Shown one piece after another: positions 40,141 through 52,812 of a stretch of DNA of 64,000 bases. The stretch is from Lama glama (lineage: Eukaryota): positions 86,430,001 to 86,494,000 of the forward strand of contig CM052817.1 of NCBI GenBank assembly GCA_028534125.1, read 5' to 3'. The notes under the pieces are model-generated. The model saw only the letters and a program-made list of their open reading frames with translations. It had not been told where the DNA came from and did not search any database. Each line of letters begins with the position of its first letter. Position 1 is the first letter of the stretch. The translations under genes were made by a program, and so were the position numbers.

Positions 40141-40744
40141 CCTGTCCTCTGATCCAGTAGCCCTGTGGGGGTGTTTGGGCAGCTGCATCTCTTTTTCAGT
40201 CTTCGTTGGGATTCCAGTGCACAGTTAGATTAAAGAGGCACTAGTGGGTAGTTATTAATATTCCACAAGTAGCAGCTTAGCAGAAAGCAGCCATGTTCAT
40301 TTGCAATTCAATGGAATTTAAAGGGTTCATTACTTTGTCACTTTCAAAGGAGACAAAAATGCTATACCAAAGTGGAGTTAATTAACTTATTGAGGTCATA
40401 AAATGCTGCACTAGGTTTTTATCTTTGGCCAGTCTAGTCCAGACCTCTGACAGTGAAATGGACAATACAAATCATTACTGGGGAATTTTTGTTTAACCTA
40501 AATCAGTTAATGATTCTTTCCTTTTTCCTTCTGGCACAGTAGTTTGTGCTCTTTCACAAAGACTGTGGAAAAGAGGGAGGACCTGCAGGGGTCTGTGATT
40601 GTCCTGGTGCTTTTCCTGAGTCTAAATGGGTGAGTAGGTCCCAATTCTGTCGAAGGTCACCGACTCAGATCAAACTGTAATCTCTGATCCAATTTTAGAA
40701 AGCTGATACTTTGATCTTGATCTCAGTTTTCTCTGTTATTCACT

Positions 40745-41010
40745 TGTAGTAGGTTATGACCATGAACTATGGAACCAGACTGTGTCTGTTCCAGTATCAA
40801 CTCTGATACTTTCTAAGTATGTGACCTTAGTGGGTCACCCTATCTCTTTTGCACCACACTTCCTTCAGCTGTCAAATGGGGATAATTTAGTCCCTATTTC
40901 CTTGAGGCATGTGAGGGATACATAATTTAGTTAATCTAAAGTGATTAGAATGCTTCTTGGCACACTGCAGTCAATAAGACTTTGCTGTTTGCTAATATTT
41001 TTATTATTAT
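40745..41010 (+). mobile_element. MIR SINE
   Basis: tatgtgaccttag...ttccttcagctgtcaaatggggataat...tagaatgcttcttggcacact. Confidence 0.7.
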
Positions 41011-41289
41011 TGAGAAAAGTGTGTGATCAGCTGACTTTTCATAAACTCCATTAAGATAACACCGATTTAGTGGATTTTAAAAATGGAAATGTTGAGTAGA
41101 ACAGAATGATCATCAATGTGTTAGTGCATTCTCTGGCTCAAAATAGGCAAGCTAATTGGGTCACCACATTATAGTACGATGTTTATTCTTTAAAAAAGAT
41201 TTAGAGTAAGATGAGTTATCCATATAATTAAAAACATAGATATATTTATTCTAAAAGTAATAGGTCATCATTTCATTGACTAGGATAAT

Positions 41290-42500
41290 CTTCCCAAAGT
41301 ATGTTTTTAATCTAATAAATGTTTTACATCTGCTATAATATTATGTAATGGGAATGCAGCAGTAAATACAGTAGGCATGATCTAACTTTGAAGAATCTAT
41401 AGGGAAGAATAAGCAATTAGAAGGTAAGTAAGCCTCATCAAGTGCTCTAACATGGAAAAATTAAGATTTTCATGAAAGAGAGGTGTTGGGACTTCTACCT
41501 AGTTAAATTGGAAGAGGGGCAGTGTCAGGACTGCTTTCTACAGAGGAAACAAAACAGCAATAATATTAAAACAGAAGAAGATCGATTATAATTTAGCTAT
41601 GTGATGTGTGGTAAGCATGTGCCTAAAGTCAATGTATGTTACCTCAGAAGAGCTGAAAGAGTTGCAGTGTTTCTGATGCAAAGAATGAGGAAGCAGTGAA
41701 GTAGGTGAGAGATAGCAAGTGATTAGTTAGGCATAAGACAACTAATGAGGAGCCTGTTCTCAGTCTTTTTAAGACTTCGAAGATATTATTAAAAATAACA
41801 ATTATCTTGAAAAATTTTAAGCCAGGTCTATTCACTTCCTCTAACAATATGTCCACCGTTGCATACACACACACCCACACAAGCGTGCACACACACAAGC
41901 AAAGGGATAAACATATAACATAAACCTGGTGAGTCAGATGCTGAAAAGTTTTTCAGTCTTGAAGTAGGGATACCAGGATGGAATATTGGTGAAATAAAAT
42001 GAAATAACACTGATGAAATAAGGTGGAAGGGCACAGTGATTTCACAGAAGCAGGACTGCGAATAATAGATGTTTTCCTCTGCTAGCCCACCGTCTTCTCT
42101 AGCCTCTTATTCATCATTTGAGTCCACTCTTTGCTGATGATAATCAAAATCTGATTTTGTCGCTTGTAATCAAGAGTCCAGATTAATAAAATTACTCAGT
42201 GAAAGTATACCAAGTGAGAATAAAAATCCCTGGATAGTTTTCTGGGAAAGAACAATAGTTGGTGATGGTAAAGCATTAAGATACTGTCCAAGAGCATGGG
42301 AATGCGCAGGCAGGGAGGTAGGCGAGAACAAGGCAGAGTTTGTTGACTCAGACATCAAGGAAGGAGATTTGAAAAGGGATCATGTGTTCAGCTGTGCGAA
42401 TGGTGCCTAAGAATAGGAATAAATACCAATCTTTAAATATAGGGGCCAATAGAATATTAATGACCTATACAGGATGTAGGAATGATGAGGACAAAGTTAT
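41290..42500 (-). mobile_element. L2 fragments (discontinuous)
   Basis: Purine-rich decayed L2 text, e.g. ggaatgcagcagtaaatacag and catgtgttcagctgtgcgaatggtgcctaag. Confidence 0.45.
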
Positions 42501-42619
42501 CTTACTGGGCTGAGGTATAACTGAAGGGAAGGCATTAGAAATAGTTAACATTCTGGTAACTTCCTCCAATTGTAAAATAATATGTATGTTCTAATCTCCA
42601 TTTTTCTAGTCATCTTACT

Positions 42620-43176
42620 CCAACACCACTCCAGAATTTTATACATTCAATTTCAACTTCCTATTTTACGTCCCCAGAAGAACATATCCAATAATGAACT
42701 CATCATCTTTCACCCTGAATCTATCTTACAACAATTTTCCTTGTCTTGGTTGATAGTAACTTTATCCTAATTGTTGCTGAGAGAAAAACCTTGGAGACAT
42801 TCTTTTTTTTTTTTTCCCCGTTGGAGACATTCTTGACTCTTTTTTTCTTTCACTTGTTACACCCAGTCATCCACAAATTCTGTTTGTTTTACCTTAAAGA
42901 TAATTCCAGAATCTGACCGCTTCTCATCTCCTCACTGCTACCTGCTCCTGGCAATCATACCTGTGATCAGGATTGAGCAGGGCCTTCTTGCTGGCCTCTC
43001 TCAGCCTCCCATGGCTACAGCATGATGCTCAGCATTGTCATTGGAAAATGCGATCAGATCATGCAACTTCTCTGCTCTGAACATTTCAAAAGCTCCTATT
43101 TCATTCAAAGTAAAAGCTAAAGACCTCACCAAGCTCGCAAAACCCTACATTATCTTATTATGCGTTTTCCTGCTCG

Positions 43177-43211
<35 letters not shown>

Positions 43212-43610
43212 TTCATGATTCACTCCACTCTAAGCAAAGTGGACCCATTGTTGTGCTTAAGTCTAACCATCATCCTACTTTCAGTTTTTGTGCAGGTGAT
43301 TCTCTCTGCCCGGAATGTTTTTCCCAAGTATATCAACACATCCAAGCCTCTAATCTCCTTAAAATATTTATTCAAATGTTGCTCCATTGTAAAGCCTATT
43401 AGGGCTCCTTATTGCAAATTGCAACTTGCCTTCATCCTCTGTTGCAGTTGCTACCATCTAATATATTGTGTAAATATTTATTCTGTTTACTATTTGGGAG
43501 TTCCCACACTAGAATGTAAGTTATGTACTTTTGGTTTTGTTTTTAAAAAATTATTATCTAAGTTATAAGTTATAGCAATTATTGAAGCAAAGTAGGTACT
43601 TGATATTTGT
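42620..43610 (+). mobile_element. L2 3' portion
   Basis: ccagaatctgaccgcttctcatctcctcactgctacc; cattcaaagtaaaagctaaagacctcac; ctagaatgtaagtt; agtaggtacttgatatttgtt. Confidence 0.8.
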
Positions 43611-44422
43611 TTTGATTATAATTACGTTTTTCAAGAAGTTTAACTGTAAAGGGAAGAGAAAGATCAGGGACTAAATGAAGAGAACATAGAGTTGAGAGGT
43701 TGAATTTTCTGCTTCTAGCTTCCTTTTGTTTAATCAAGGATAATAAACATGCATACATTTTGGGAAGGAGCCAGTAAAGGACAGATTAAAGTGATAGAGG
43801 ACAGAGAAAGATAATCAAAGCATTTTCTAATATTTTCCCTTACCTGTTCTCTAGCATTACCATCTTCATGTGCTATATAATCTTATACAAATAGAGTAAA
43901 AATAATAATAGACTTTCTGCTTAATGCATCATAGTTTCTTCAGAGTAATAATTTAAGAATAAGCTACTTCAAATTTTAGGTATTTTCAACCTTGTCAATC
44001 ACAGCTGTACCGGATACTAGTTTAGTCATATATATGAAATTGCATCTGTATTTTTCTAGATTTCAGTATTTAATCTTCAGAAAGTAACCTTGTTTCTTGT
44101 ACTTTCAATTTCTTAGGAGAAAATTAGAGTCATATTTATGTACCAAACCATTCAAAATAGATGACAATTGATCACATTCTATGTTAATTGTAACGAAGAA
44201 TATTCTGCTAATTTATAACCATTATAAGATATGTTAACATTGGTAGCAACTGTTCATGTTGAACTCATACTTAAACCTATAATTTCATATGAACCTGAAA
44301 AAATACTAGAACAGGAAATATCTGCCACCCACCTCAGAATAAAACATTAAAATTTTTAATCGTATAATAGGACACACTTCATAACATATACCTGTATTGC
44401 GTTAAGAGTGTAGGTTAATTTC

Positions 44423-45075
44423 TGTTACCAAATCAAACTTAGGTCCATTCGCCCTATTCACAGCAAAGTCAATCTGCTGATACCAGGGTGTGGTGAAGGA
44501 AAGTACAAAGTTTACTGCAAGGTACCCAACATGGGGCCTAGCAAGAACAGGCATTCATGATCAAAAGACCCTGATGGCTTTCGGGGAAGGGTTTTTAAAG
44601 GTGTAGTGAGGGAGAGGGTCGGTCACTAGGTTCTTCATCAGCTTATGTATATCCTTCTGATTGGTTGGTGGTAAAGTAATGGTGATATTTCTGGAACCTC
44701 AGTCTTCAATTTTCTGGTTCCAACCCCTCTGGGGTCTATGTGCTGGTTGGTCTGCATGCAGTTAACTTCTTCCACCAGGTGGGGTTTTTAGCATTTTCAA
44801 AACAATTTAAGGATATGACTAAGACTATTGTCTATAGCCCTTGAGGAGCTAAAAGTCCTTGACTTTGTTTTCTGGCTAAACTATTACTATTTTGTCTTGC
44901 TTGACTGTTTTCCTTTGTTTTTGTATTTTCTCACTTCTCTGGTTAAATTTGCTTTTTGGAACTTGGGAAAGGCATAGGAGGTTATAGCTTTTCTATAAAC
45001 AAGAGATGGAAACAAGGTGAAGTTGAGGGTGAGGTCTGTCCCCATAAGGGCCCTGCAGGATCTGGCTTAGTTTCA
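44423..45075 (-). mobile_element. ERV1 solo LTR (MER34/MER39-group-like), 653 bp
   Basis: TG...CA termini with a perfect 4-bp TSD TTTC (44419-44422 and 45076-45079); internal ctgattggttggtgg and gggtttttaaagg. Confidence 0.9.
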
Positions 45076-47854
45076 TTTCTAAGCATGAGGTAGTGGTTAT
45101 CTAATGAATGTCTTCCCTTTCAAAAATACAGTCAGATCAACAGATACCAAAAGGCAGTTTCAAGATACGGACTACAGAGAATTCAGAGCCAGGAAAAATA
45201 AACTATAATATTTGAACATGTGTACATTTTTAGGTGAAGTTCAAAATATCCAACAAATACATAAAATTTGTCTCTGTACATAATTTCATCCTTTAATTTT
45301 TATTTTTAAAAATCATATTTAAAACTATAATTGTCTTTATAAGAAAAAATCATATGTTCAATATGATTGTTTATGTAAAAATGTTAGTTTGATTTTTAAA
45401 GCATCATCTTTATCTGGATTTAATGTGTTCTATTATAAGGAGAGTCTTGTTTGTTTCAGTCTAACTGAATTCAGGTCATGGGCCTCCTCCTATAGCACTC
45501 ATTTTCTGATGAATAATAAATCTTTATTTTTCTTATTTTCAAAATAAGTAAGACTCTTTCTTTCCCATTTGCCTTTCTCCTTTCTGTAACTAAATGCTGA
45601 GCCAAAAGACAAATTAATTTCCAATGCAGAGATTTTTCTGCACCCTTAGGAGCTGTTGAGTATCTGTGGGACACATACCCCACAGCAGTCACCCACCTGC
45701 AGACACACCCTAACTTCTTATTGTAATTGTCAGTAAATTAAGTTTACAGTTTTGGGTACCATGCAATTAAAATTTATGCAAGTTCAGTCAGCCTTGTTGA
45801 AAGCTATGTCTCATAATGTATCATTCTACTTAACATTGGAAAAATACCCTTTAAGAAAAATTAGAGTATCTCTCCACGAGCTATGTTTGTTTTCTCTCTG
45901 GGGTGATGAACCATTGAGTTTTGGTCAACTGATCTGAAAGTTCTTATTGTAGATGTGTTTTTCTCGTAGTCAAATTTGAAATGCTGAAACATTTTATGAT
46001 TTAATTAAACTAACCTGCTTGAGATTATATTGAAAACTACAACACAGTGGTGTAGCTTTTTAGATACACTAAGAAACAAATAATTTACAGAAGTTTTAAA
46101 ACTCTTTCATTGTTCTAGCCTACATGAAATACTTAATTCAATTAGATTTTTATATTCTGTGCTTTCCTTTGGAGCATTGATCTTCTCCATAGAGCTTCTT
46201 GACCTAGTTACTTTATTCTTGAATGTCAAGAGGGATTCATTTATTCATCAATTTAATCCATGGATACTTACTGAGTTCTTACAGTAATTTTTATCCAGTT
46301 CTAGTCCCTGGGTATTCACTCAAATGAGCTGTTGGCCTTGCCCTGAAAGCCTACTCTGAGATAAACAAGTAATTGGAATCAGGATGGTGGGTCTAATAAT
46401 AGGACTATGAACAGGTCATGGAAGGGAAGCTGTTGGGGTTGCCACCTTTGAATCAGCAAATTAAGAAGCTGCTGGGAAGAACAAAAACCCGAATGAAACT
46501 AGTAGAGGTACAGGGACTGAAAAATTGAAGCAAAGAAAATCTGGGACCATTTACTGACATAGGTGTGCCACGTACATGCAAGAGGGGAGCCCCTTCCTGC
46601 CTCCTTCTCCCCCTTTTCCCCTCTGGTCAGGCCTCCAAATTTCCAGTGTCCCTGAAAAGGTCTTAAAAAGTAAAGAAGAGGATGGTGAACCATCTGCATC
46701 TTCACTGTTTATTCTGTGGCTTTAGGAGAGCAAGTAACGGTTTATACTGTCGGAGAATAGAGAGTCTGTCTCTTAAGTGCAATTCTCCACCACTAATCCC
46801 TTCTCCAGTGCTTGCACCCATGTTTGGAAGAAGAGGAAAAGACAGACAAATTCCTGTTAGTGGACAGGATCTAACTAGAGAGCATCCTGGCTTCAGTCCT
46901 GTCCCCCTCCCTGATATCTAGACTCACTTCCTCAGAGGTGAGGATGGAATGAAAGATCTCACACTGAACATTTATTTTAGAATATTATAAGCAAAATTAA
47001 CATAATATAGGGCCTTTATATGATGGTAATAAATAACAATAAGGAAGATATACAAAGATGATTGACTACTGCACACAGATTATTCCAGCTGTAATTTTAT
47101 TTAGCCTTTATATTCTGAAATGCTCATGGGACGTTGATCATTTTAATAATATTTTATCAAGAACATTGAAAATTATAACATATTGCTAAGGATAAAAATA
47201 AGTTTAGAATGATAGAAAACAAATAATAAAAACAGTAGTTAATAATTATAGTATTAAAGAAATTAGTAGATTGTGTCCATGTTAACTGATTTTGCAAAAT
47301 GAAAAATATATTTTCTGTTAATTTTTATTTAAAATAACAGGTTTTATTTTCTAATCTACCACTTTGTTTTCTTCTCCTTATTTTTCATGGTATTTAGTAA
47401 CTGTTCATTCTCCCAATACAGTTTTTCAACTAGGTTCATTGTTAACCTGTTAACTCTTAGAAACTTCCTCCCTCCGAAAATATAGTCAACAGGATTCATG
47501 AGAACATGTGTTGGAAGCTCAAGTATAGGTTGATGGAATGATAGAGGCTGACTGATCCCTATTTTAAAGATTATATTAATGAATATGTTTTTCAAAAAGA
47601 AATTACCTGTGATATTTACTCAAAGATTCAACTTTTTTGTTATAGTCTTCCCTTCTATAGCCACTGTGAATTCATGTGCTTATTTTAAAGTTAATGATGA
47701 CGATTATGGATGAGTTTACTATATAAAGTATGATCTGGATATTAAACATTTAATATTTTCTTGTTTGTTTTTATGAGTCCTTTTTCAGACATACATCTGT
47801 AAATATTTCGTCATAATCTGTGGAACATTTATGTTTTCTAATTAGTGTCTTTAT

Positions 47855-50800
47855 TGATTGAAATTTTTACTGACATAATTATAGAATTACATGCAATTGT
47901 AAGAAATAATACAGAGAGATCCTATACTATTGAAATCTTTATTCAGTGTCCCCCAATGGTAAACTACTGCAAAATATAGTACAGTATCACAACCAGGATA
48001 ATCACATTGATATAGTCAAGACACAGAACATTTTCACAATAAAAAGGCCTCTCATTATCTTTTGAGTGATGTGTAAATAGTATTGTGTTTTCTTTTTTGT
48101 TTTTGATGCCCTACATCCAATTTTTCTACCCCTCATCCCCACCTCTAGCAGTCACCAATCTGTTCTTGATATCTGTGAGTTTGTTTTTGTGTTTTGCTTG
48201 TGTTTTTTTTTTTTTTTTAGATTGCATGTATAAGAAAGATTCTCTATCTGACTTATTCATTTAGCATAATGTCCTTGAGGTCCATCCATGTTGTCAAAAA
48301 TTACAACATTTCATTCTTTTTTATGGCTGAGTAATATTTTATATATATATATACATATATATATATATAATATAAAAAATATATATATATATATCTCACA
48401 ATCTTTATTCATACCATATCTTGTTTACCATATCTTGACTATTGTAAACAATGCTCTAATTAACATAGGAATGCATATATCTTTTCTCATTCGTTTTTTT
48501 GTTTGTTTGTTTTCTACCTAGAAGTGGAATTGCTGGATCATATGGTAGTTCTATTTTTATTTTTTTGAAGAAACTCTGTACTGTTTTTCATAGTGACTGC
48601 ATCAATTTACATTCCCAGCAACAATCCACAGGTGTTCCTTTTCTCCAGATCCTCACCAGCACTTGTTATTTCTCATCTTTTTGATAATGGCCATTCTAAC
48701 AGGCATGATGTGCTATGTCACTGGTTTTGATCAATACTTCCCTGATTATTAATAATGTTTAATATCTTCTTATGTATCTTTTGGACAGAGGCATGTCTTC
48801 TTTGAAAACATGTTTACTAAGGTTTTTTGTATATTTTAAAAGTCATTGTTTGGGTTTCTTTGGCTATTGAGGTGTATGAGTTCTTTATATATTTTGGTTA
48901 TTGGCACCTTATCAGATAAATGATGTGCAAATATTTTCTCCCATTCAGTAAGTTCCCTTTTCATTTTTTCATGGTTTCCTTTGCTATGCAGAAGCTTTTT
49001 AATTTGATGTAGTCTCACTTGCTTATTTTTGCTTTCTCTTTTGGTTTTAAATTTTAAAAAGTCATAACCAAGACCTGTGTCAAGGTGCTTACCACCTGTG
49101 TTTCCTTCTAGGTGTTTCATGGTTTCAGGAATTATATTCAGGTCTTTATCTATTTTGAGTTAATTTTTGTATATGCTATAAAGTAGTGGTCAAGTTTCTT
49201 TCTTTTTTGGCGGCTGTCTAATTTTCCCAACACCATTTATTGAAGAGACTGTCCTTTCACAATCATATATTCTTGGCTCTTTTGATGTAAATTAACTGAC
49301 AGAATATATGTTGTTTTCATTTTCCCTGATGGCATGTGATGTGGAGCATCTTTTCATATGTTTATTTGCCATCTGTATGCCTTCTTTGGTGAGGTGTCTG
49401 TTAAGGTATTTAGCTCAGTTTTAATTGGGTTGTTTTTCTATTGTTGAATTTTAGAATTCCTTGTGTATTTTTGATAACAGTCCATTATTAGATACGTCTT
49501 TTGCACATATTTTTCTCCTGGTTTGTAGCTAGTTTTTTCATTTTCTTGACAGCATCTTTCATAGAGCAAACATTTGTTATTTTAATGAAATTCAGCCTAT
49601 CAGTTCTTCCTGAATCATACCTTTAGTTCAAATCTAAAAAGCCAACACCAAAATAAGGTCATCTAAATCTTCTCCTACTTTATCTTCTAGGAGTCTTATG
49701 GTTTTGCATTTTACATTTAGGTCTTGGAACCATTTTGAATTAATTTCAGATGTGAAGAGTGTAAGATTTGTGCCTAGATTCATTATTTTTTGCATGTGAA
49801 TATCCAGTTATTTTAACAAAGTTCATTGAGAAGACTATCTTTCCTTTATTGTAATGTCTTTGTTCCCAGGTCAAGATCATTTGACTTTGTTTATATGGGT
49901 CTATTTTTGTGCTCTATATTCTGTTCTGTTGATCTGTTTGTCTTTTTTTGGTTAACGTCACACTCTTTTGATTACTGTAGGTTTACCATATGCCTTGAAG
50001 TTAGGCATTATCAGTGTTCCAGCTTTGTTCTCATTCAGTACTGTGTTGCTATTCTGGATCTTTTGTCTCTCTGTTTAAATTTTAAAGTTAGTTTGTCAAT
50101 ATCCACCAAATAACTTTCTGGGATTTTGATTAAGATTGCACTGAATCTGTAGGTCAATTTGGGAAGAACTGATATCTTGACAATGTTGATTCCTTCTATC
50201 CAAGAATATGTAATCTCTCTCCATTTATTTAGTTTTTCTTTGATTTCTTTCATTAGAGTTTTGTAATTTTCCCTATATAGATCATGTAGATATTTTATTA
50301 GATTTATAAGTAAGTATTTAATTTTGTGAGGTGATAAAACAAATGGTATCGTGTTTTTATATTTCAGATTCTACTTGATCATTGCTGGTAGGTAGGAAAG
50401 TGATTGGTTCTATCTTGCAAACTTGTTACACTCACTTACAAGTTCTAGGAATTTTTTGTTAATTCTTTTGACTTCTATACAGATGACTGTGAACAAACTG
50501 CATTTCTTCTTTTCCACTCAGTAAATATTTCATCATTTTTCTTGTTTTATACATTAGTTAGGCTTTCCAATACAATATTGAAAAAGAGTGGTAAGATGGA
50601 ACATCCTTGCCTTGTTCCTGATCTTAGCAGGAAAACTTTTATTCTCCATTCAGTATGATGTTAGTTATAGATATTTTGTAGATAATCTTTATCAAATTGA
50701 GGAAGTTTCTGTCTGTCCCTAATTTATTGATATTTTTATCACAAATTAGTATTGAATTTTTCAAATGATATATTAGCATCTATTGATATTACATGATTTC

Positions 50801-51170
50801 CTTCTTTAGTTTGTTGATGCAATGGATTACATTTATTTATTTTTAATGTTGAATCAGTCTTGTGGTTCATAATTTTTTATACATTGCTGGATAGAACCGA
50901 GGAGCGTTTGCATCTTCATTTTTGAGAGATATTGGTCTGTAGTTGTCTTTCCCTATAAAATCTTTGCCTGGTTTTCATTTTATAGTAATGTTGATCTTAA
51001 AAGATTGAACTAGGGAAAATGTACTTTGTTTCCAGCATCTGAAAGAGATGTAGACAATTAGTATAATTTCTTCCACAAATTCTTGGGAGAATTCACCTCT
51101 GAACCCATCTAGGCCTGGTGCTTTCTGTTCTGGAAGTTTATTAATTATTGATTCAGTTTGATATAGATTT
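47855..51170 (-). mobile_element. Old L1 (3' end at 47855-48060, ORF2 at ~49310-51170) split by a younger L1MA-like piece (~48080-49310)
   Basis: The minus-strand ORF 50035-50253 (MKEIKEKLNKWREITYSWIEGINIVKISVLPKL) and ORF 48836-49120 are L1 ORF2 peptides. ORF2 C-terminal text occurs twice, indicating two copies. Confidence 0.9.
48339..48394. repeat. Imperfect (TA)n microsatellite
   Basis: Directly visible. Confidence 0.9.
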
Positions 51171-51401
51171 TAATATTCAATCTTCATAAGATAGTTTTCT
51201 ATTGAAAATCATGTTGATAATTTGAAACATACATTTTTGTTTACTCTGTTTGAACATTTAATGGAAGCAAAGTGACCATGGATATATTTTATAATTTAGT
51301 GCAAAGAAATTCTTTAAAATATTGATTTTTTTAACTCTTCAGATAATTAGAAAGTGGTGAGAGTAAAAAGCATATTTTTGTTGTTAAAATTGTAAGTACT
51401 T

Positions 51402-52330
51402 CATAAACCCACACACTTATGGTCATTTAGTCTTCAAAAAAGGAGACAAGAATATACATTGAAGAAAAGACAGTCTTCAGTAAGTGGTGCTGGGAAAATC
51501 GGACAGCTGCGTGTAAAAGAATGAAGTTAGAACATTTTCTCACACTATATGCAAAAATAAACTCAAAATGGATTAAAGATCTCAATGTAAGACCAGAAAT
51601 CATAAAACTCCTAGAAGAAACCATAAAGAGAACACTCTATGACATAAATTGTAACTTTTTTTTTTGGATCTTCCTCCTAAGGCAAAGGAAACAAAAGCAA
51701 AAATAAACAAATGGAACCTAATTAAGCTTAAAAGGAAACCAATAGCACCACTAAGGAAACTATTGGCAAAACAAAAAGACAACCTACAGAATGGAAGAAA
51801 ATATTTGCAAGTGATATGAACATCAAGGGGTTAATATCCAAAATTTGTAAATAACTCATACAACTCAATGTCAAATAAAAAACATCCTGATTAAAAAATG
51901 GGCAGAAGACCTGAATATATATGTTTCCAAAGAAGACATACATATGGACATACCCAGGCACATGAAAAGATGCTCAATATTGCTAATCAGAGAAATGCAA
52001 GTCAAAACCATTATGAGATACCACCTCACACTTGTCAGAATGACTATCATCAAACAACACCACAGATAACAAATGCTGGTGAAAATGTGGAAAAAAGGGA
52101 ACCCTAGTATTCTGTTGGTGGGGATGTGAATTAATGCAGCCACTATGGAAAACAGTATAGAGATTCCTTGAAAAACTAATAATAGAACTGTTATATGATC
52201 CAGCACTTCCACTACTGGGTATATATGTGAAGAAAACAAAAACACTAATTCAAGAAAATGCATACACCCCATGTTAATATGGAAACAACATAAGTGTCCA
52301 TCAACAGATGAATTAGTTTAAGAAGATAAG

Positions 52331-52364
<34 letters not shown>

Positions 52365-52812
52365 ACACACAATGGAATATTACTCAGCCATAAAAGAATG
52401 AAATTCTGCTGTTTGCAGCAACATGGTGGATCCAGAGGGTATTAAGCTTAGTGAAATAAGTCAGACAGAAAAAGACAAACAGTGTATGTTATTGCTTACA
52501 TGTGGAATCTAAAAAGTAAAACAAATTAATATAACAAGACAGAGGCAGACTCATATAGAGAACAAACTAATGGTTATGAGACTGGAGAGTGAAGGGGAGG
52601 AAGGGGCAAGACAGGGGTAGGAGATTAAAAGGTTCAAACTACTATGCATAAAATAAATAAATTCCAAGGATATATTGTACAGCACAGGGAACTATAGCCA
52701 CTAGTTTAAAATAACTTTAAATGGAATATAATCAATAAAAATATTGAATCACTATGTTGCTCACGTGAAACTAATGTTGTAAACAACTATATGTCAATAA
52801 AAATAAATAAAT
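51402..52812 (+). mobile_element. 5'-truncated L1 with poly(A) tail and TSD
   Basis: ORF2 C-terminal peptide ([33 protein letters not shown]), 3' UTR and (AAAT)n tail. TSD aaaattgtaagtactt (51386-51401) vs aaaatcgtaattactt (52813-52828), 14/16, at a TT|AAAA site. Confidence 0.95.
52334..52370. repeat. (CA)n microsatellite
   Basis: Directly visible, in an L1 3' UTR. Confidence 0.95.

Noticed and set aside
43035..43568. Longest ORF (177 aa) with a poly-Phe run
   Set aside because: It lies within an L2 remnant, starts at a non-ATG codon and gets its poly-Phe from a T homopolymer; no recognisable protein.
48836..52272. Several ORFs with L1 ORF2-like or antisense-L1 peptides
   Set aside because: Fragments of decayed, truncated L1 copies, not host genes or active elements.
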